NCBI GenBank assembly: GCA_024400775.1
Contig: JAKSMF010000002.1
Coordinates: 1 to 43,466 of the forward strand
Origin: Bacteroidales bacterium
GTDB lineage: Bacteria > Bacteroidota > Bacteroidia > Bacteroidales > WCHB1-69
Length of the DNA stretch: 43,466 nucleotides
Direction of reading: 5' to 3'
Below, one piece after another: positions 1 through 7,738 of this stretch. Each line of letters opens with the position of its first letter. Position 1 is the first letter of the stretch. Under the pieces are notes generated by a model, which worked only from the letters and a program-made list of their open reading frames with translations, did not search any database and was not told where the DNA came from. Both the position numbers and the translations under genes were made by a program.

Positions 1-257
1 CTCGCACCTTGGAACCGCAGATTACGCGGATTACGCAGATTGGGCGAATTTACGGGCATGGCTCGCTGACGCTCGCACCTTGGAACCGCAGATTACGCGG
101 ATTACGCAGATTGGGCGAATTTACGGACATGGCTCGCTGGCGCTCGCACCTTAGAACCGCAGATTACGCGGATTACGCAGATTGGGCGAATTTACGGGCG
201 TGGCTCGCTGACGCTCGCAGGAATTGGAAGCGCAGAAGAGGATTGCTTCCCCCATAA
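1..257. repeat. 71-bp tandem repeat array: 3 full units (1-71, 72-142, 143-213) plus a degenerate 4th; cut by the window edge
   Basis: Unit ctcgcaccttggaaccgcagattacgcggattacgcagattgggcgaatttacgggcatggctcgctgacg recurs head to tail with 1-2 substitutions per unit. It contains an internal gattacgcg/gattacgcag sub-repeat. Confidence 0.9.
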
Positions 258-289
258 ATGTTACTTTCTCCTACTTTATCTTCATTTTT

Positions 290-491
290 GGAAACATGTC
301 AACAAAATTAGTATTAAGCGCTCAAAAAGTGCCAGCCCAAATCATGAAAAGTCAGATATTTTTGATGTGCCGAAAATGAATGACAACAATGAATGACAGC
401 TTTTTCAAGGCGATTGTAAACCTTTATGGAAACTTTGTCAAAAAATTAGTATTAAGCACCAAAAAAGTGTCAACCAAAATCAGGAAACGTC
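290..491. repeat. Two ~64-bp imperfect direct repeats (290-353 and 428-491)
   Basis: ggaaacatgtcaacaaaattagtattaagcgctcaaaaagtgccagcccaaatcatgaaaagtc versus ggaaactttgtcaaaaaattagtattaagcaccaaaaaagtgtcaaccaaaatcaggaaacgtc, roughly 80 percent identical. The 11-mer aatgaatgaca occurs twice between them. Confidence 0.8.
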
Positions 492-501
492 TGGCGGAAA
501 T

Positions 502-532
502 AATTTTCAATTTCCAACTTTCAATTTAAAAG
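502..532 (+). repeat. TTCAA-word intergenic element, copy 1 (G-free on + strand)
   Basis: aattttcaatttccaactttcaatttaaaag shares an identical 25-mer with copy 3 (18682-18719). It contains the speB stop codon (526-528). Confidence 0.75.
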
Positions 533-1404
533 CTTTTTGCTTCTTTCATTGTGATTATTTTGTAAACCAAGCTTGCCGCCAAAACGTCGGAAATGACGTT
601 GTCGGGTTGCGGACAGAGTTCCACAACATCAAAACCGACTACTTCACGCTGACGGAAAACCTTGTCTAACAGCGTTGTCAGTTCGTACCAGCTCAATCCA
701 CCCGGTTGAGGTGTGCCCGTCGCCGGCAATACCGAAGGATCCAGTCCATCCAAGTCGATGGTGAGATACACAGGTCCCTGCAGGCGTTCCACCACGCGGT
801 CCATCCATTCGGGATTCTTCCCGACAATTTCGTGCGCATAAAACATGTTGTCGGTTACGATGTGTTCTTTTTCTTCTAAACAAACCGAACGGATGCCTAC
901 TTGAACGACGTTGGCGCCCATAGTTTGTGCGCGGCGCATCACGCAGGCGTGGTTATGAGGTGAGCCGTGGTACTCGTCGCGAAGGTCGGCGTGCGCATCA
1001 ATTTGTAAAACCGTCAGGTTGGGATGTCTTTCCAACGTCGCACGGATGGCGCCTTCTGAAACGGAGTGTTCTCCCCCGAGTAATCCCACCATTTTCTGTT
1101 GCTCCAACCAATATTTGGTGCGCTGGTACACCGCTTCCACCATTTCATCGGGTGAAGTCAGCTGGTTGATCGGTGTGTCGGTGTGGATTCCGGCCGTATA
1201 TGCTTCTATATTATATATGGTATCGTACAATTCCAAACTGTCGGATGCTTCGATGATGGCCTGCGGACCTTTGTCGGCACCTTTTACAAATGTGCTTGTC
1301 CCATCGTACGGCACAGGCAGCAAAACGTATTTCGCATTTTCTGCCGAAGCAAATTCATTTTCCATATCAAGGAAGAAATCGGTTTCTTTGGGGAATTTTT
1401 TCAT
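526..1404 (-). CDS. speB: Agmatinase (arginase/ureohydrolase family)
   Basis: 292 aa with ureohydrolase Mn-binding motifs GGEHSVS, QIDAHADLRDE and LTIDLDGLDPS. Size is typical of agmatinase. Confidence 0.85.
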   Translation of the reverse strand: MKKFPKETDFFLDMENEFASAENAKYVLLPVPYDGTSTFVKGADKGPQAIIEASDSLELYDTIYNIEAYTAGIHTDTPINQLTSPDEMVEAVYQRTKYWLEQQKMVGLLGGEHSVSEGAIRATLERHPNLTVLQIDAHADLRDEYHGSPHNHACVMRRAQTMGANVVQVGIRSVCLEEKEHIVTDNMFYAHEIVGKNPEWMDRVVERLQGPVYLTIDLDGLDPSVLPATGTPQPGGLSWYELTTLLDKVFRQREVVGFDVVELCPQPDNVISDVLAASLVYKIITMKEAKSF

Positions 1405-1491
1405 TTTATTATGCTATATGTACTGGTTCGTATGAAATTTATAACGGAAAAATATTATTGGGCAGAAAGAATGTTATTAGGCGGAGAAATA

Positions 1492-1537
1492 TTCCCCTCC
1501 TTTTTAAGGAGGGGGCAGGGGGTGGTAATATAAACAT
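1492..1537. repeat. Left arm of a ~46-bp inverted repeat flanking the DUF559 gene
   Basis: ttcccctcctttttaaggagggggcagggggtggtaatataaacat matches the reverse complement of 1974-2021 at about 42 of 47 positions. It contains the hairpin cccctcc(1494-1500)/ggagggg(1508-1514). Confidence 0.85.
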
Positions 1538-1950
1538 CATCCTTCTTCATGTTCGTAATTATTTATGATAAAGTTCTTCAATTCAGTCAGCACATCGGGA
1601 AGATGATACAAAACATCGAAATCGGTTGTATGAAAGATTTTTATTCCCAATGAATTCAAAAAAGAATCACGTTGTCTGTCATATTCTAATTTATCATTAT
1701 GAGAACCGCCATCAATTTCAATAGCTAAACTTAATTTTCTGACATAAAAATCAACGATATAGTTACCAATGATTTTTTGTCGATTGAAATCAATCCCATA
1801 AAACATTTTATTATGCACTTGCATCCAAAACGCAATCTCAGCAAGGTTTCCTGCATGGCGGTTCCGTCTCGCATATTTTTTTAATTCCTCATTTACAGGA
1901 AGATTGAGTATGCGAAGTTCTTTAATTCTGTAGTTGTCGATGAGTATCAT
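1537..1950 (-). CDS. DUF559 (Vsr/restriction-endonuclease-like) domain protein
   Basis: 137 aa. The core GNYIVDFYVRKLSLAIEIDGGSHNDKLEYDRQRDSFLNSLGIKIFHTTDFDV fits the DUF559 endonuclease-like pattern. Confidence 0.75.
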   Translation of the reverse strand: MILIDNYRIKELRILNLPVNEELKKYARRNRHAGNLAEIAFWMQVHNKMFYGIDFNRQKIIGNYIVDFYVRKLSLAIEIDGGSHNDKLEYDRQRDSFLNSLGIKIFHTTDFDVLYHLPDVLTELKNFIINNYEHEEG

Positions 1951-1973
1951 AGTTTAGTTGGTTAAATTTTTCG

Positions 1974-2021
1974 ATATTTATATTACCACCCCCTTTATCC
2001 CCTCCTTAAAAAGGAGGGGAA
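1974..2021. repeat. Right arm of the inverted repeat flanking the DUF559 gene
   Basis: atatttatattaccaccccctttatcccctccttaaaaaggaggggaa is the reverse complement of the left arm and carries the same cccctcc/ggagggg hairpin (1999-2005 / 2013-2019). Confidence 0.85.
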
Positions 2022-2081
2022 TTGTCAACGAGGAAACCACCTGTTCCTTATATTCAGTGAGGGGAATTGTCAACGAGGAAA
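2014..2081 (+). repeat. 23-bp direct repeat x2 (2014-2036 and 2059-2081)
   Basis: gaggggaattgtcaacgaggaaa occurs twice exactly. The first copy overlaps the outer end of the right inverted-repeat arm. Confidence 0.9.
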
Positions 2082-2109
2082 TCTTCTCCAACATCCCAAG
2101 TCTCAAGTT

Positions 2110-3357
2110 TCACTTTACCACATCGTAGTCGGATGAGCGTTGGAAGGCGCGCAAATCGAAAAACGGAAGTACTGCGTAGAAATGGTCGAAGAGGTCGGAC
2201 TGAAGTGCCTCGTACTCGCGCCATTCGGTGGTGCGGACAAAGCAGTAGAGCTCCATCGGCAAGCCGTTTTCTTCGGGATTGCCATGGCGCACCATAAGCA
2301 GCGAGGTTTCGTCCACCATCGGATGTTGTTCCAGATAGGCCACCATGTAAGCGCGCAGAATGCCCAAGTTGGTCTGGAAATCTCCATTCGGAAGGTTGGT
2401 GGAGGAGAGGTGGCGCTGTTCGTTCAGCCGTTCGATTTTGTCTTGTGTATCGGTGATGTAATCTCGGATACAGTCGATTTTTTTGAACTCTTCCAACATC
2501 TCAGGCGTGCAGGGACGGATGGAGTTCACATCGATGTGGATTGAGCGCGTGATGCGTCGGACTTTGCGTTCGCTCATGCCACGCCAGTTCTGGAAGGAGT
2601 TGTTAACCATAGACTTAATCGGCACGGTGACGATGGAGTTGTCGAAGTTGCGTACTTTGACGGCGATCAGGTTGACTTCTTCGACGATGCCGTTGGCTTC
2701 GCCGTGGGGATCGGTAATCCAGTCGCCGACGCGTACCATGTCATTGGATGACAGCTGGATGCTGTTGACGAATCCGGTAATGGTGTCTTGGAAAACCAAC
2801 AGCAGGACGGCGGAGAAGGCACCGATACCGGCAATCAAGCCGGAAGGTGTTTTATTAGCCAGAATGCAACCGATGAGGATGGTGCCCATGGTCCACAAAA
2901 TCACCTTGATGATTTGCATGTAGCTTTTCAGTGGCTTGTTGTCAGCGCCTTTCTTGGCGGTATTGACCGCGTTGAGCACGTCGAGGAAGGCGCAGATGAC
3001 CTTCACCAACATAAAGATGATGTAAACACCGATGAGTGTTTTATAAAATTGCAGAGCGACGCTTTCGGCGGGGTACATCATCGGTACGATGCGGCCGATG
3101 AAGAAGGCGGGGAGCAATTTGGCGACCTGAACGAAAAAACCATGGTTGAGCATGGCCTGCAGCCAGCGCATTTCGTGTTTTTTGCAGCGCCATTTCGCGA
3201 TTCCGACGAAACAGAAACGGAAGAAATGATACATCAGTATCAGCAAGGCGATGAGTCCGGCCAATATGATGATGCTGGTAAAAAATTTCCCGGCGGGATC
3301 CGGGAAATTCATTGTATGGAATAATTTAAGTAAAAATTCTCTAATAAACTGAAGCAT
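2110..3357 (-). CDS. Mechanosensitive ion channel (MscS family) protein
   Basis: 415 aa. N-terminal hydrophobic helices are followed by the MscS-type beta domain VGDWITDPHGEANGIVEEVNLIAVKVRNFDNSIVTVPIKSMVNNSFQNW. Confidence 0.8.
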   Translation of the reverse strand: MLQFIREFLLKLFHTMNFPDPAGKFFTSIIILAGLIALLILMYHFFRFCFVGIAKWRCKKHEMRWLQAMLNHGFFVQVAKLLPAFFIGRIVPMMYPAESVALQFYKTLIGVYIIFMLVKVICAFLDVLNAVNTAKKGADNKPLKSYMQIIKVILWTMGTILIGCILANKTPSGLIAGIGAFSAVLLLVFQDTITGFVNSIQLSSNDMVRVGDWITDPHGEANGIVEEVNLIAVKVRNFDNSIVTVPIKSMVNNSFQNWRGMSERKVRRITRSIHIDVNSIRPCTPEMLEEFKKIDCIRDYITDTQDKIERLNEQRHLSSTNLPNGDFQTNLGILRAYMVAYLEQHPMVDETSLLMVRHGNPEENGLPMELYCFVRTTEWREYEALQSDLFDHFYAVLPFFDLRAFQRSSDYDVVK

Positions 3358-3363
3358 ACGGCA

Positions 3364-4896
3364 TTAGTTTGCTTGTTCTTCGGCTTTCTCCTCCTTCTTT
3401 TCCGGCTTCATCTGGGGGAAGAGGAGAACATCCTGGATGGATGCGGAGTTGGTCATAATCATGGCGAGGCGGTCGATGCCAATGCCGAGGCCAGCGGTGG
3501 GCGGCATACCGAATTCGAGCGCACGGAGGAAGTCTTCGTCCAAAACCATGGATTCGGTGTCACCACGTTTCCCGAGTTCGAGCTGTGCTTCGAAACGCTG
3601 ACGCTGGTCGATAGGATCGTTGAGTTCGGAGTATGCGTTGCAGAGTTCTTTGCCGTTGCACATGGCTTCGAAACGTTCGGTCATGCCGGGTTTCGTGCGG
3701 TGCATCTTGGTCAGCGGTGACATTTCTACCGGATAATCGTAGATGAAGGTGGGTTGGATGAGTTTTGACTCGCAGGTTTCACCGAAAATCTCATCCACGA
3801 GCTTACCCTTGCCCATGGTGCTATCGACAGCTACGCCGACGCTCTTGGCGAAGGCGGCCAGCTCTTCTTCCGACATATTGGAGACGTCGGTGCCGGTGAA
3901 GTGTTCAATGGCTTCGAACATGGTGTAGCGTTTCCACGGACGCTTGAAGTCGATGACGTTTTCGCCGACCTGGACCTTGGTGGTTCCGTGCAGTGCGAGG
4001 GCGACGGCTTCCACCATCTCTTCCACGAGGTTCATCATCCATTCGTAATCTTTGTAAGCCACATAGAGTTCCATCTGGGTGAATTCCGGGTTGTGGAAGC
4101 GGTCCATACCTTCGTTGCGGAAGTCTTTGGAAAATTCGTAAACGCCATCGAATCCGCCTACGATAAGGCGTTTGAGGTAAAGTTCGTCGGCGATACGAAG
4201 GAAGAGCGTCATATCGAGGGTGTTGTGGTGGGTTTTGAACGGACGGGCCGCGGCACCACCGTACAAGGGCTGCAGAATCGGAGTCTCGACTTCAAGATAG
4301 CCCTTCTGATTCAAGAAGTTGCGCATGGTGTTGACCAAAAGCGTTCTTTTGATGAAGGTTTCCTTCACCTGCGGATTCACGATCAGGTCGAGGTAACGTT
4401 GGCGGTAGCGCTGTTCTGGATCGGAGAAGGCATCGTAGGTGGTGCCGTCTTTTTCCTTTACGATGGGCAGCGGGCGAATGGACTTGCTCAGCAGCACGAA
4501 CTCTTTAACGTGGATGCTGATGGCACCGGTCTGCGTGGTGAAAACGAAGCCCTTAACACCGATGATATCGCCGATATCGAGTTTTTTGAAGACAGAATTA
4601 TACATGGTTTTGTCTTCACCGGGGCAGATTTCGTCGCGTTTGACGTAGATTTGGATTCTGCCGACGGCGTCTTGCAGTTCGTAGAAGGAGACCGCACCCA
4701 TAATGCGTTGGCTCATAATACGACCGGCGAGACTGACATTTTGGAAAAGAGAGTTGTCTGTAGGATATTTTTCGTGGATTTCTTTAGAGGAAGCGTTGAC
4801 TTCAAACAGCGGAGCCGGATAGGCATTGATGCCGAGATTTGAAAAATCGTCTAATTTTTTTCTTCTAATAACCTCTTGTTCTGATAATTCTGCCAT
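3364..4896 (-). CDS. lysS: Lysine--tRNA ligase, class II
   Basis: 510 aa with an OB-fold N-terminus and class II motifs [20 protein letters not shown] and [14 protein letters not shown]. Confidence 0.95.
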   Translation of the reverse strand: MAELSEQEVIRRKKLDDFSNLGINAYPAPLFEVNASSKEIHEKYPTDNSLFQNVSLAGRIMSQRIMGAVSFYELQDAVGRIQIYVKRDEICPGEDKTMYNSVFKKLDIGDIIGVKGFVFTTQTGAISIHVKEFVLLSKSIRPLPIVKEKDGTTYDAFSDPEQRYRQRYLDLIVNPQVKETFIKRTLLVNTMRNFLNQKGYLEVETPILQPLYGGAAARPFKTHHNTLDMTLFLRIADELYLKRLIVGGFDGVYEFSKDFRNEGMDRFHNPEFTQMELYVAYKDYEWMMNLVEEMVEAVALALHGTTKVQVGENVIDFKRPWKRYTMFEAIEHFTGTDVSNMSEEELAAFAKSVGVAVDSTMGKGKLVDEIFGETCESKLIQPTFIYDYPVEMSPLTKMHRTKPGMTERFEAMCNGKELCNAYSELNDPIDQRQRFEAQLELGKRGDTESMVLDEDFLRALEFGMPPTAGLGIGIDRLAMIMTNSASIQDVLLFPQMKPEKKEEKAEEQAN

Positions 4897-4921
4897 AATT
4901 GTGTTTCTTAAAATTTGGTTG

Positions 4922-4929
4922 CAAAAGTA
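4922..4929 (-). promoter_or_regulatory. Bacteroidota -7 box (TACTTTTG on the minus strand) upstream of lysS
   Basis: The + strand reads caaaagta, whose reverse complement fits TAnnTTTG. It lies 26 nt upstream of the lysS ATG (4896). Confidence 0.6.
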
Positions 4930-4987
4930 CGATTTTATTAGGAAATAGGAATTGGGGATGAGGAATTATTTTCGCAAAATGCCGGCG

Positions 4988-5158
4988 TTAGATGTTTTTC
5001 ATATTTTGATCCACGCGGAAATCCTCTTCCAGCTGCCAGAGTTGAAATCCAGCCTGTTGTTCCATGTACGTAAGGATATCTACTTTAGCGTTGAGATCTG
5101 GGATTTTACAAATCTCTTCCATTATTTCGTCGATTTTGATTTTGATGTTGTTGTCCAT
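4988..5158 (-). CDS. Small hypothetical protein (56 aa)
   Basis: Start moved to the MDNNIKIKIDEIMEE ATG at 5158, because a -7 box (5184-5191) lies inside the longer 5218 version. No family recognised. Confidence 0.4.
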   Translation of the reverse strand: MDNNIKIKIDEIMEEICKIPDLNAKVDILTYMEQQAGFQLWQLEEDFRVDQNMKNI

Positions 5159-5183
5159 AAATATCTTTTTTGAAATTCGGTTG

Positions 5184-5191
5184 CAAATATA
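5184..5191 (-). promoter_or_regulatory. -7 box (TATATTTG on the minus strand) for the 56-aa ORF
   Basis: The + strand reads caaatata, 26 nt upstream of the ATG at 5158. Confidence 0.5.
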
Positions 5192-5283
5192 CGAATTAGT
5201 TGGCAGTTGAACTCGCAAATTGTAGCTTGAAATTTATTTTTCCAACTTTCATTATTATTTATCATGATTTGCTGATTTAGTTG

Positions 5284-5291
5284 TATTTTTG
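5284..5291 (+). promoter_or_regulatory. -7 box TATTTTTG upstream of glnS
   Basis: Fits TAnnTTTG and lies 31 nt upstream of the ATG at 5322. The same gtatttttgcagcc context recurs at 32533. Confidence 0.6.
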
Positions 5292-5321
5292 CAGCCTTAA
5301 ATCAATTTAAAATCAAAGCAA

Positions 5322-6947
5322 ATGAATTTTATTGAAGAAATTATTGAAAAAGATTTGGCTAACGGAAAGAATGAATCGAAAGTCCATACTCGTTTTCCTC
5401 CCGAACCTAACGGCTACTTGCACATTGGTCACGCCAAGTCGATTTGCTTGAATTTTGGCATTGCCAAAAAATATAACGGACTGTGTAACTTGCGTTTTGA
5501 TGATACCAACCCGGTTAAGGAAGATGTTGAATATGTAGATTCCATCAAGGAAGATATCAACTGGCTGGGCTTTCAGTGGGCCGAAGAGCACTACGCTTCC
5601 GACTATTTCGACCAGCTTTACGAATGGGCTGAAAAGATGATTCAGGAAGGTTTGGCTTATGTTGACGACCAGACGCAGGAAGAAATCAGCGCGGGCCGTG
5701 GCGTTCCGACGAAGCCCGGCACCGAAAGTCCGTACCGCAACCGCAGCGTGGAAGAAAACCTCGACCTTTTCCGCCGTATGAAGGCGGGCGAATTTCCGGA
5801 TGGCAGCAAGGTGTTGCGTGCCAAAACGGGCATGACCTCTCCGAATATGCACATGCGCGACCCCATCATGTACCGCATCCTGCATAGTCACCACCACCGC
5901 ACGGGCGACAAATGGTGCATCTATCCGATGTACGACTATGCCCACGGTCAGAGCGACTCCATCGAAGGCATTACCCACTCCATCTGCACGTTGGAATTCG
6001 AAATCCACCGTCCGTTGTACGACTGGTTCTGCGAAGCGCTGAAGATTCACCATCCGCAGCAGATTGAGTTTGCCCGCTTAAATCTCAACTACACGATTAT
6101 GAGCAAGCGTAAATTGATGCAACTTGTTCGCGATCACCATGTTATGGGTTGGGATGATCCGCGTATGCCTACCATTTGCGGCCTGCGTCGTCGCGGCTAT
6201 ACCCCCGCATCCGTTCGCAATTTCGCCGAAACCGTCGGTATCGCCAAACGCGACAACATCATCGACGTTTCGCTGCTTGAATTCTGCGCCCGCGAAGACC
6301 TTAACAAGGTCGCCACACGTACGATGGCCGTCTTGGATCCGGTGAAGTTGGTCATCGACAATTTCCCGGAAGGACAGGAAGAATTGCTGCCCGCTGTCAA
6401 CAATCCCGAAAACCCTGACGCCGGCAAGCGCGAAATCCCGTTCACCAAAGAGTTGTGGATTGAACGCGCCGACTTCCGCGAAGTGGCCGACAAAAAATTC
6501 TACCGTCTGACCGTCGGTGGCGAGGTGCGTCTGAAATATGCCTACATCGTCAAATGCACGCATATCGACAAAGATGCGGAAGGCAACATCACCGCCATTC
6601 ACGTCACCTACGATCCGGAAACCAAGACGGGCATGCCGCAGAGCAACCGCAAGGTGAAAGCCACCATCCATTGGGTTTCCGTCAATCACGCCAAGAAGGC
6701 TGAAGTCCGTCTGTTCGAACGCCTGTTCACTGAGCCGGCACCTGACGATTGCGAAGAGGGCAAAACCTTCATCGACTATCTGAACCCCAACTCCCTGACC
6801 ATTCAGGATGGCTGGATTGAAGAGGGCTTGACGTTGCAAAATGCCGAAAGACATTATCAATTTGAACGTCTGGGCTATTTCTGCATTGACCGTGACTCCA
6901 CGGATGAAAAAATCGTTTTCAACAAAACCGTAAGCTTAAAACAATAA
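5322..6947 (+). CDS. glnS: Glutamine--tRNA ligase
   Basis: 541 aa. HIGH motif within [16 protein letters not shown] and KMSKS-type motif IMSKRKL; GlnRS-like C-terminal anticodon-binding region. Confidence 0.92.
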   Translation: MNFIEEIIEKDLANGKNESKVHTRFPPEPNGYLHIGHAKSICLNFGIAKKYNGLCNLRFDDTNPVKEDVEYVDSIKEDINWLGFQWAEEHYASDYFDQLYEWAEKMIQEGLAYVDDQTQEEISAGRGVPTKPGTESPYRNRSVEENLDLFRRMKAGEFPDGSKVLRAKTGMTSPNMHMRDPIMYRILHSHHHRTGDKWCIYPMYDYAHGQSDSIEGITHSICTLEFEIHRPLYDWFCEALKIHHPQQIEFARLNLNYTIMSKRKLMQLVRDHHVMGWDDPRMPTICGLRRRGYTPASVRNFAETVGIAKRDNIIDVSLLEFCAREDLNKVATRTMAVLDPVKLVIDNFPEGQEELLPAVNNPENPDAGKREIPFTKELWIERADFREVADKKFYRLTVGGEVRLKYAYIVKCTHIDKDAEGNITAIHVTYDPETKTGMPQSNRKVKATIHWVSVNHAKKAEVRLFERLFTEPAPDDCEEGKTFIDYLNPNSLTIQDGWIEEGLTLQNAERHYQFERLGYFCIDRDSTDEKIVFNKTVSLKQ

Positions 6948-6949
6948 TT

Positions 6950-7456
6950 ATGAAAAGATTTCTCGCAATTTTATTGATAACCTGTGTAATCGCCACCGTG
7001 TCTGCACAGTGTACGTCCCCTTCAACCTCCAGCCGTGCAACAGAAGACGTAGCGGAAGTTCAGACCGTGCAAAAAGATTCCAAGGGCAAGGTGATTAAGA
7101 TTACCCAGAAGGAATTTATCAGCAAAGTGTTCGACTTCAACAACCCGGAAGCCGTATATACCGGCAAAACGCCCGTTATTGTGGATTGCTATGCCGACTG
7201 GTGTGGCTGGTGCAAAAAGATGGATCCCGCGATGAACGAGTTGGCAGAAGAGTATGACGGTCAGGTGATTTTCTATCGTATCGATATGGATGTCGCTAAG
7301 GAGATGGGGCGCACGTTGAAAATCTCCGGTCTGCCGACGTTGTTGGTTATCAAGCCGAACACGCCCGCACAACAGGCCGTCGGCTATCACGAAAAGAAAG
7401 AGCTGAAACAGATGATTGACGAATACCTGTTGAGGCAAGAACCTACGCAGGAGTAA
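6950..7456 (+). CDS. Secreted thioredoxin-fold protein with a CGWC active site
   Basis: 168 aa. Signal peptide MKRFLAILLITCVIATVSAQ and thioredoxin motif VDCYADWCGWCKKMDP. The ATG lies 2 nt after the glnS stop. Confidence 0.8.
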   Translation: MKRFLAILLITCVIATVSAQCTSPSTSSRATEDVAEVQTVQKDSKGKVIKITQKEFISKVFDFNNPEAVYTGKTPVIVDCYADWCGWCKKMDPAMNELAEEYDGQVIFYRIDMDVAKEMGRTLKISGLPTLLVIKPNTPAQQAVGYHEKKELKQMIDEYLLRQEPTQE

Positions 7457-7480
7457 AATCAACGTTGTATAAAAGTAACA

Positions 7481-7506
7481 GGGCGGCAGTTTTGTCGCCC
7501 TTTTTT
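7481..7506 (+). terminator. Rho-independent terminator after the glnS-thioredoxin pair
   Basis: Stem gggcg(7481-7485)/cgccc(7496-7500) followed by T6 (7501-7506). Confidence 0.7.
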
Positions 7507-7590
7507 GCATCATTGGAAAATATTATGCAAATATATGAATTTTAATTAATTACAAGGTTTTTTTTGTCACCAAATTTGACCATTAAGCCA

Positions 7591-7690
7591 AAAAATCAAT
7601 TTCCCGCCCGCCGAAAAAAGTTAAGAAACTAAGAAGTGAAGATGTTAAGAAGCAGGATGCAGGAAGCAGCAAGGTCAAAGGTCACAAATG
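7591..7690 (+). repeat. 100-bp purine-rich intergenic module, copy A (copy B at 18418-18530)
   Basis: aaaaatcaatttcccgcccgccgaaaaaagttaagaaactaagaagtgaagatgttaagaagcaggatgcaggaagca is identical in both copies. The copies then differ by two short indels. Confidence 0.9.
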
Positions 7691-7701
7691 TCTTCACGAT
7701 C

Positions 7702-7733
7702 TCCGACCTGATTTTCAATTTTCAATTCAAAAG
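7702..7733 (+). repeat. TTCAA-word element, copy 2
   Basis: tccgacctgattttcaattttcaattcaaaag ends 6 nt before the stop of the 7739 gene. It shares tccgacct.attttcaattttcaa with the inverted copy 5. Confidence 0.75.
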
Positions 7734-7738
7734 GGTCA

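Noticed and set aside
1-257. Possible CRISPR array
   Set aside because: The whole 71-bp period is conserved. There are no unique spacers between short repeats, and no cas genes are nearby.
9-257. 82-aa ORF as a protein-coding gene
   Set aside because: It is simply the tandem repeat read through. The 71-bp period is not divisible by 3, so each unit is read in a different frame. There is no promoter box.
2067-2297. 76-aa + ORF beginning in the 23-bp direct repeat
   Set aside because: It is antisense to the C-terminus of the MscS-family gene and has an R/S-rich shadow translation.
4988-5218. 76-aa version of the small ORF
   Set aside because: The -7 box at 5184-5191 lies inside the extension. 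The ATG at 5158 gives a 56-aa product downstream of the promoter.
3901-6860. Long antisense ORFs inside lysS and glnS (3901..4842, 5313..6053, 6078..6860); similar ones at 9113..9754, 9776..10561, 22154..22738, 27319..28101 and 28240..29076
   Set aside because: These are shadow ORFs on the opposite strand of genes with clear family motifs. Their translations are low-complexity (G/V/A/D/H-rich), typical of GC-rich third positions in the real frame.
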